Below, piece after piece: positions 59,302 through 64,000 of a DNA stretch of 64,000 bases (within the stretch, counting starts at the first letter, position 1; each line of letters opens with the position of its first letter). The stretch is from contig NW_027362767.1 of NCBI RefSeq assembly GCF_046119375.1, positions 400,582,001-400,646,000 of the forward strand. The letters run 5' to 3'. The notes below the pieces were generated by a model. It saw only the letters and a list, made by a program, of their open reading frames with translations, ran no database searches and was not told the origin of the DNA. The position numbers and the translations under genes were made by a program. The stretch comes from Phyllobates terribilis (taxonomy: Eukaryota).

Positions 59302-59621
59302 AATGGTATTCTCAAGTCTATGGTTATGTAATCCAAAACAGCCAATAATGACTATGATGACCTCCTTACTCTCTCCCCCATAGATTATGTTGGGGGATAT
59401 AAGGATTGGACATTTAGAATTCAATCACCCTATCCTTTAGGGAGATAAGCCTCTGCGAAATGATTCAAGAAGACGACCACCATGATAGATCCAAACATTA
59501 GCCGATAGGGTCTTGTACGATGGAGGAACTACTCAGACACGTCGTTGTCGCCTTCAGGAGAATTTCAATAGTCCCCTTCTATACGTATGTGTCCAAAAAC
59601 TTATGGTACAATTCATTCCTG

Positions 59622-59755
59622 CATTTGAGCCTTTTTTTATGCTGAGTTTTTGGTGTTTTGTGCCACATTCATCTTTTCCATTTGAGCCTTTTTTTATGCT
59701 GAGTTTTTGGTGTTTTGTGCCACATTCATCTTTTCCATTTGAGTCTTTTTTTATG
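59622..59755 (+). repeat. 57-bp tandem duplication (~2.3 copies) upstream of the PRSS16 ATG
   Basis: catttgagcctttttttatgctgagtttttggtgttttgtgccacattcatcttttc repeated. Confidence 0.75.
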
Positions 59756-61364
59756 TATGTGTCTGTTTTTCTTTAGTTCACCACTGTGGGCAGAGTTTAA
59801 GGTTTCCAGATATTAAAATCGAGTGAAAACTTTTTGAAAAGTCTCAACTTTTTTTTTTTTTTTTTCCTGCTCCCCAGAGTTATTTTTATGTACACCTAAA
59901 ACTTTGGCACAAATTTTGCTACGTTTTAGCGGAGCATGAGACTTTTTTTTATAAAGTCGCAAAACAGGTTAAAGACGGCAAAGATATATATTTTTTTTAA
60001 CAAAATTTATGAACCAATTGCACCGTAATAAGTCTGTGAATGCCATAAGAAAAAAAATGGTGAACTGGGCCGTTAACACTTTAAACCTGGTGAAATTAAA
60101 TAGAGAAGCTCTATACTTCATGCTAAGGTGAAGTTGAAGTTTACGAGTTCACTTTACTTTCAGGTCTGGACTGGACGTTTCTCTGTGGCTTCTTCTTGTA
60201 ACTTCACCCAGAGAGGAAGCCAAGCGGTGAAACTCAGTCATTTGCATCCAAACATGACATAAACAGCTACAGAACCTGATCTGCTATCTGCATCGCTCTT
60301 CATGAGTGACTAATCATATTCTTCCTCACCACAGCCATGGGGGGGGCGCCATCAGTGTAAAACAGGAAGCACCTTCTGCAAATGTAAGTGCTCATAGAAG
60401 CTGTATAAGAGGGTGCAGAAGTGACATCAAGGACCTAGTGTCTTAGGGGGCACAAGAACCCCTTTGCTACATACGACATCAGTATTATTAATGGCACATG
60501 GCAGATCTGGGGTTTCGCTACAGATTGGGGGCTAGAAGCTTCAATTACCACGTCCGATTGTGATAAACAGCATTTGCTTTATTATCTGGATCGCTTTTAT
60601 TTTGTAACGGAAATTCTTCAAATCTCAAAACTCCTGAAAAACTGAGTTTCTGCTTTGTAAAACTCAGCAAAAAACTCATGTGCACAAAGCCCTTGGTGAG
60701 TTTTTGGAGGAGTTTTGTTGGCTGAAGCTTTTTTTTTGGGAAATAAAGTCATTCTGATAATAACATTATATGGGGGAACTGCTCATCTTACAATTCCCTA
60801 ATTTAAAAAGATAAAAACCAAAGTGTCATATAGATGCCAAAAAAAAACCTAAACCAACCAGTGAAATATCATTCAGTAAGTAGACTCCCTAAATAACTAA
60901 TCAGTGAGCCATTAGGAAGTGTGCCATGTAGCAGCACCTGACCCGACTGGCCTTTAGACTGTGTTCAAACAGTTTTTTGAGACTTCCAAAAATCACAAGT
61001 TTTTCAAACAGAAACCCATTAAGAAAACGCTTCCTATTGGTATGTGCACACAGAGTTTTTCAAGGAGTTGTTGTAACGGAAACTCTTCAAAAACTTTGAG
61101 TTTCTGCTCTGGAAAACTCAGAAAAAAAGTCTCACGTGTACAAAGCCCTTGGTGAGGTTTTGGAGCAGTTTTTCATTTTTTTTTTTGCATCCTCTGGATT
61201 GTACAGGGTCTAATAAAACAGGAGCTGCTTCAAAAAAGTGACGTGCACACAGAGTCTTTTTGAAGCGGAAACTGAGCAGAAACTCTCAAAAGCCTCCTCA
61301 AAAACTTAAAAAGTCTCTGCTCTGTTCCCAAAACTTAACAGAAAGAAACTCTAAAAAAAAAAAG

Positions 61365-61415
<51 letters not shown>

Positions 61416-62758
61416 TTTCTTTTATATATGAACAGCAAAGTGGATTTCTATTAACAAAATTAATCGGAAGACTTTTCCAAGCAGATTTGGGAGGAGGATT
61501 TTGGCGAGGATCCGCTCCAAGTCGCACAAGGAGGGATTTTGCAGTAAAAACGTATGCAAAAATCACAATATTTATCTTTCAGCATTAACTAATTTAGAGC
61601 CTTTTGATTGTGGAGGTAGGGGTACTGTTTCTCCTTGTGTAGAGTGACATGTTAAGCTTGGCATGTCAGAGTGAGGAGACTTAAAAGCCATGCATGCTCT
61701 TCTGGGAAATTAAATATGCGGAGTAAAATCCCATCTCCATATTTTTAAAAAAGTGGGAAAAAGTTGTGCGATTGTCACAAGTCACTCGTAACTTTTTGTG
61801 AAATTGACACACGGAAACGTTCCTGTTTGGGTGATGTCTGTCTGTAACGTATCTACCGTAGAAGTGATACTGCAGGATGGAAATTTATATTTTCAGGATG
61901 ATATAGGACGGATATATGGAAGTGACGAGAAAAGCGTAAAATCCTACTCACCCCCATCCACCGCACCCAGGAGCAGGACGAGCAGAATCTGCAGCCACAG
62001 AGCGATCATTGTAGGAAGAGGATTGTGAGAGTGCAGCTTCCTACTCACAGCAGGCAGCAATGCCTCATAGTCACATGACACATCCCGTCACATGACTCCT
62101 GCAACTTTTCATTGGCTCCAGAAGTTGCAAAGTCAGCCTCAGTTTTTTTTTTTTTTTGCTGTAGAAGCAGCAGATGGCACATGACCGGAGATTTAACCCT
62201 TCGCCACACTTTTAGTTCCTATTTTTGCTAGCAGCAAGCAAAATAACAGTATTAATTATTTCATGTTTCAGTAAGTTATGCAAGTAGTCTGTACATATGA
62301 AAACCTCACGGTTTTCAGGATCTCTGCTTCCTGTTCCAAAAGAAATTCGCTTTCAATGATTGCAATTTTTTTTTTTAATTCTGTGCAATCATTTGGGATA
62401 AACATCGTACATAAATCGCAGCGTCGTTACTCCGTGTGAGCAGGAAATTATAGGTTCCCATTCCGCAGATATAGCGACTGAAATACCACCGAAACGTCTT
62501 GTGTCGCCCCTACCTGCACCTTCATGTGACAGCAAGGCACAGAAATAATAATGCGCTGTTTACCGTGCAGTAAAACCTGACGCACACAGGTTTTTTGTTT
62601 TTTTTTTTATCATTTTGAATAAAAAAATATTATATATATATATATACATATCTATTAATTTTGTTTTGTTTTGGGAAGGTAATACTTTTTTTTATGACAC
62701 CTTAATGCATATAGGGTTTTTTAATTTTCTCTTTTTAAATCATTTTGAATTAAAAAAA

Positions 62759-62804
<46 letters not shown>

Positions 62805-62974
62805 TAAATAATCTGGTTCAAGTCACCTAGAGGGATAAGACAAATGTAAATAATATAAAAATCACTAAAGCGTCATGAAAAAAAATATATATATTTCCTT
62901 CCCCTAAAAAACAACATTTTTATTTATATATACATTTATTTATATATATTTTGCACACACATATATATAGAAGT

Positions 62975-64000
62975 AGAATCTGGTTGTGTATTTGGATGAC
63001 ATTTTGATTTATTCACCAGATCTAGAGTCCCATTGGCAGAGTGTACGTGAAGTTTTGCAGTTATTGAGTGATAATTCACTTTTTGCTAAGCTGGAGAAAT
63101 GCGAGTTCGCTGTGCAGAAAATTAGTTTTTTGGGCTACATTGTCTCCAGCGAGGGCTTTGAGATGAACCCTGTGAAGGTTCAGGCGGTGCAGGAATGGCC
63201 TAGGCCTATTGGTTTGAAATCTGGGTTTTGACAATTATTACAGGAAATTCATTAAGAATTTTTCTGTAATTGTTAAGCCTCTGACCGATCTCACCAGGAA
63301 AGGTGCGAATAAAGTCCAGTGGACTACTGAGGCCATTGAAGTGTTTGAATATCTCAAAGAGATGTTCAGTTCTGCCCCTATCCTTATACAGCCTGATGAG
63401 ACCAAGCCTTTTTTGGTCGAGGTCGATGCTTCATCGGTAGGGGTCGGAGCAGTTTTGTCTCAGGAGAACACGGGTGGAGTACATCCTTGTGCCTTCTTTT
63501 CAAAAAAATTTTCGGAAACCGAACTGAATTATGATGTTGGAAATCGGGAGTTGCTGGCTATTAAACTCGCGTTTGAACATTGGCGTCATTTTTTGTAAGG
63601 TGCTAGATTTCCTATTCAGGTTTTCACAGATCATAAGAATTTGATCTATCTGGATGCTGCCAAGCGCTTGAATGCCCATCAAGCTAGGTGGGCACTTTTT
63701 TTTTTCTCGGTTTCATTTTTCTGTTACCTATATCCCTGGTACTAAGAATGTTAAAGCCGATGCTTTATCTCGCAGCTTCTCTCCTACGGTCGGTGCCGAG
63801 GAGGAGGAGAGCATTTTACAGAAAGGAGTTGTGATAGCAGCATTGGACTCCGTTTTGGAGAATGGGATTCTGAAAGCTCAAGATGATGCCCATCTAACAC
63901 TCCCCATGGGAGGTTGTTCGTGCCTAGAGCCTTTAGGAGAGATTTGTTTGTGGAGTGTCATGAGTCTCGGTTGGCAGGTCATCCAGGAATTTCGGAGACT
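62975..64000 (+). mobile_element. Decayed Gypsy pol fragment (RT-RNaseH), runs off the window
   Basis: [37 protein letters not shown]; frameshifts and stops. Confidence 0.9.

Noticed and set aside
59302-59424. Upstream PNIIYGGES segment as an extra PRSS16 coding part
   Set aside because: It superficially resembles the GGE motif, but the true motif is in the 58292-58391 exon. An extension would bury the signal peptide.
59301-60300. FOXN1-type GACGC sites in the PRSS16 upstream region
   Set aside because: I looked by eye and saw no convincing cluster; the TSS is unknown.
1-64000. Prokaryotic systems, rRNA or tRNA genes
   Set aside because: None seen. The only Pol III box belongs to a SINE, and the window is spliced eukaryotic genes plus transposons.

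Overview
This is vertebrate genomic DNA; the transposon repertoire suggests a neobatrachian frog (inference). It is not prokaryotic. Four host genes were reconstructed by hand from GT-AG boundaries with consistent reading phase: the last exon of BCKDHA (+), B3GNT8 (-, single coding exon), DMAC2/ATP5SL (-, 6 coding exons, 249 aa) and PRSS16 (-, 11 coding exons, 504 aa, intact S28 Ser/Asp/His triad). Much of the remaining sequence is mobile DNA. It includes a young DD38E Tc1-type transposon split by a full-length CR1 LINE inside DMAC2 intron 1, a full-length chromodomain Gypsy element, a DD34E Tc1, L2, CR1 and Gypsy fragments, a solo LTR, a V-SINE, many MITEs, transposon-borne minisatellites, and palindromic Penelope-like elements. 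The most notable signals are RNA-level mechanisms written into the elements: (1) a U_UUA_AAC -1 slippery site exactly at the CR1 ORF1 stop that would fuse ORF1 to ORF2; (2) a tRNA-independent, self-priming PBS in the Gypsy element across a repeat-expanded ~1 kb leader; (3) five hammerhead-ribozyme-like motifs, four of them in fold-back elements; (4) an intron-like segment in the CR1 5' UTR; (5) PRSS16 sitting next to the BCKDHA-B3GNT8-DMAC2 block. Gene names rest on recalled homology to the human proteins; no database search was run.
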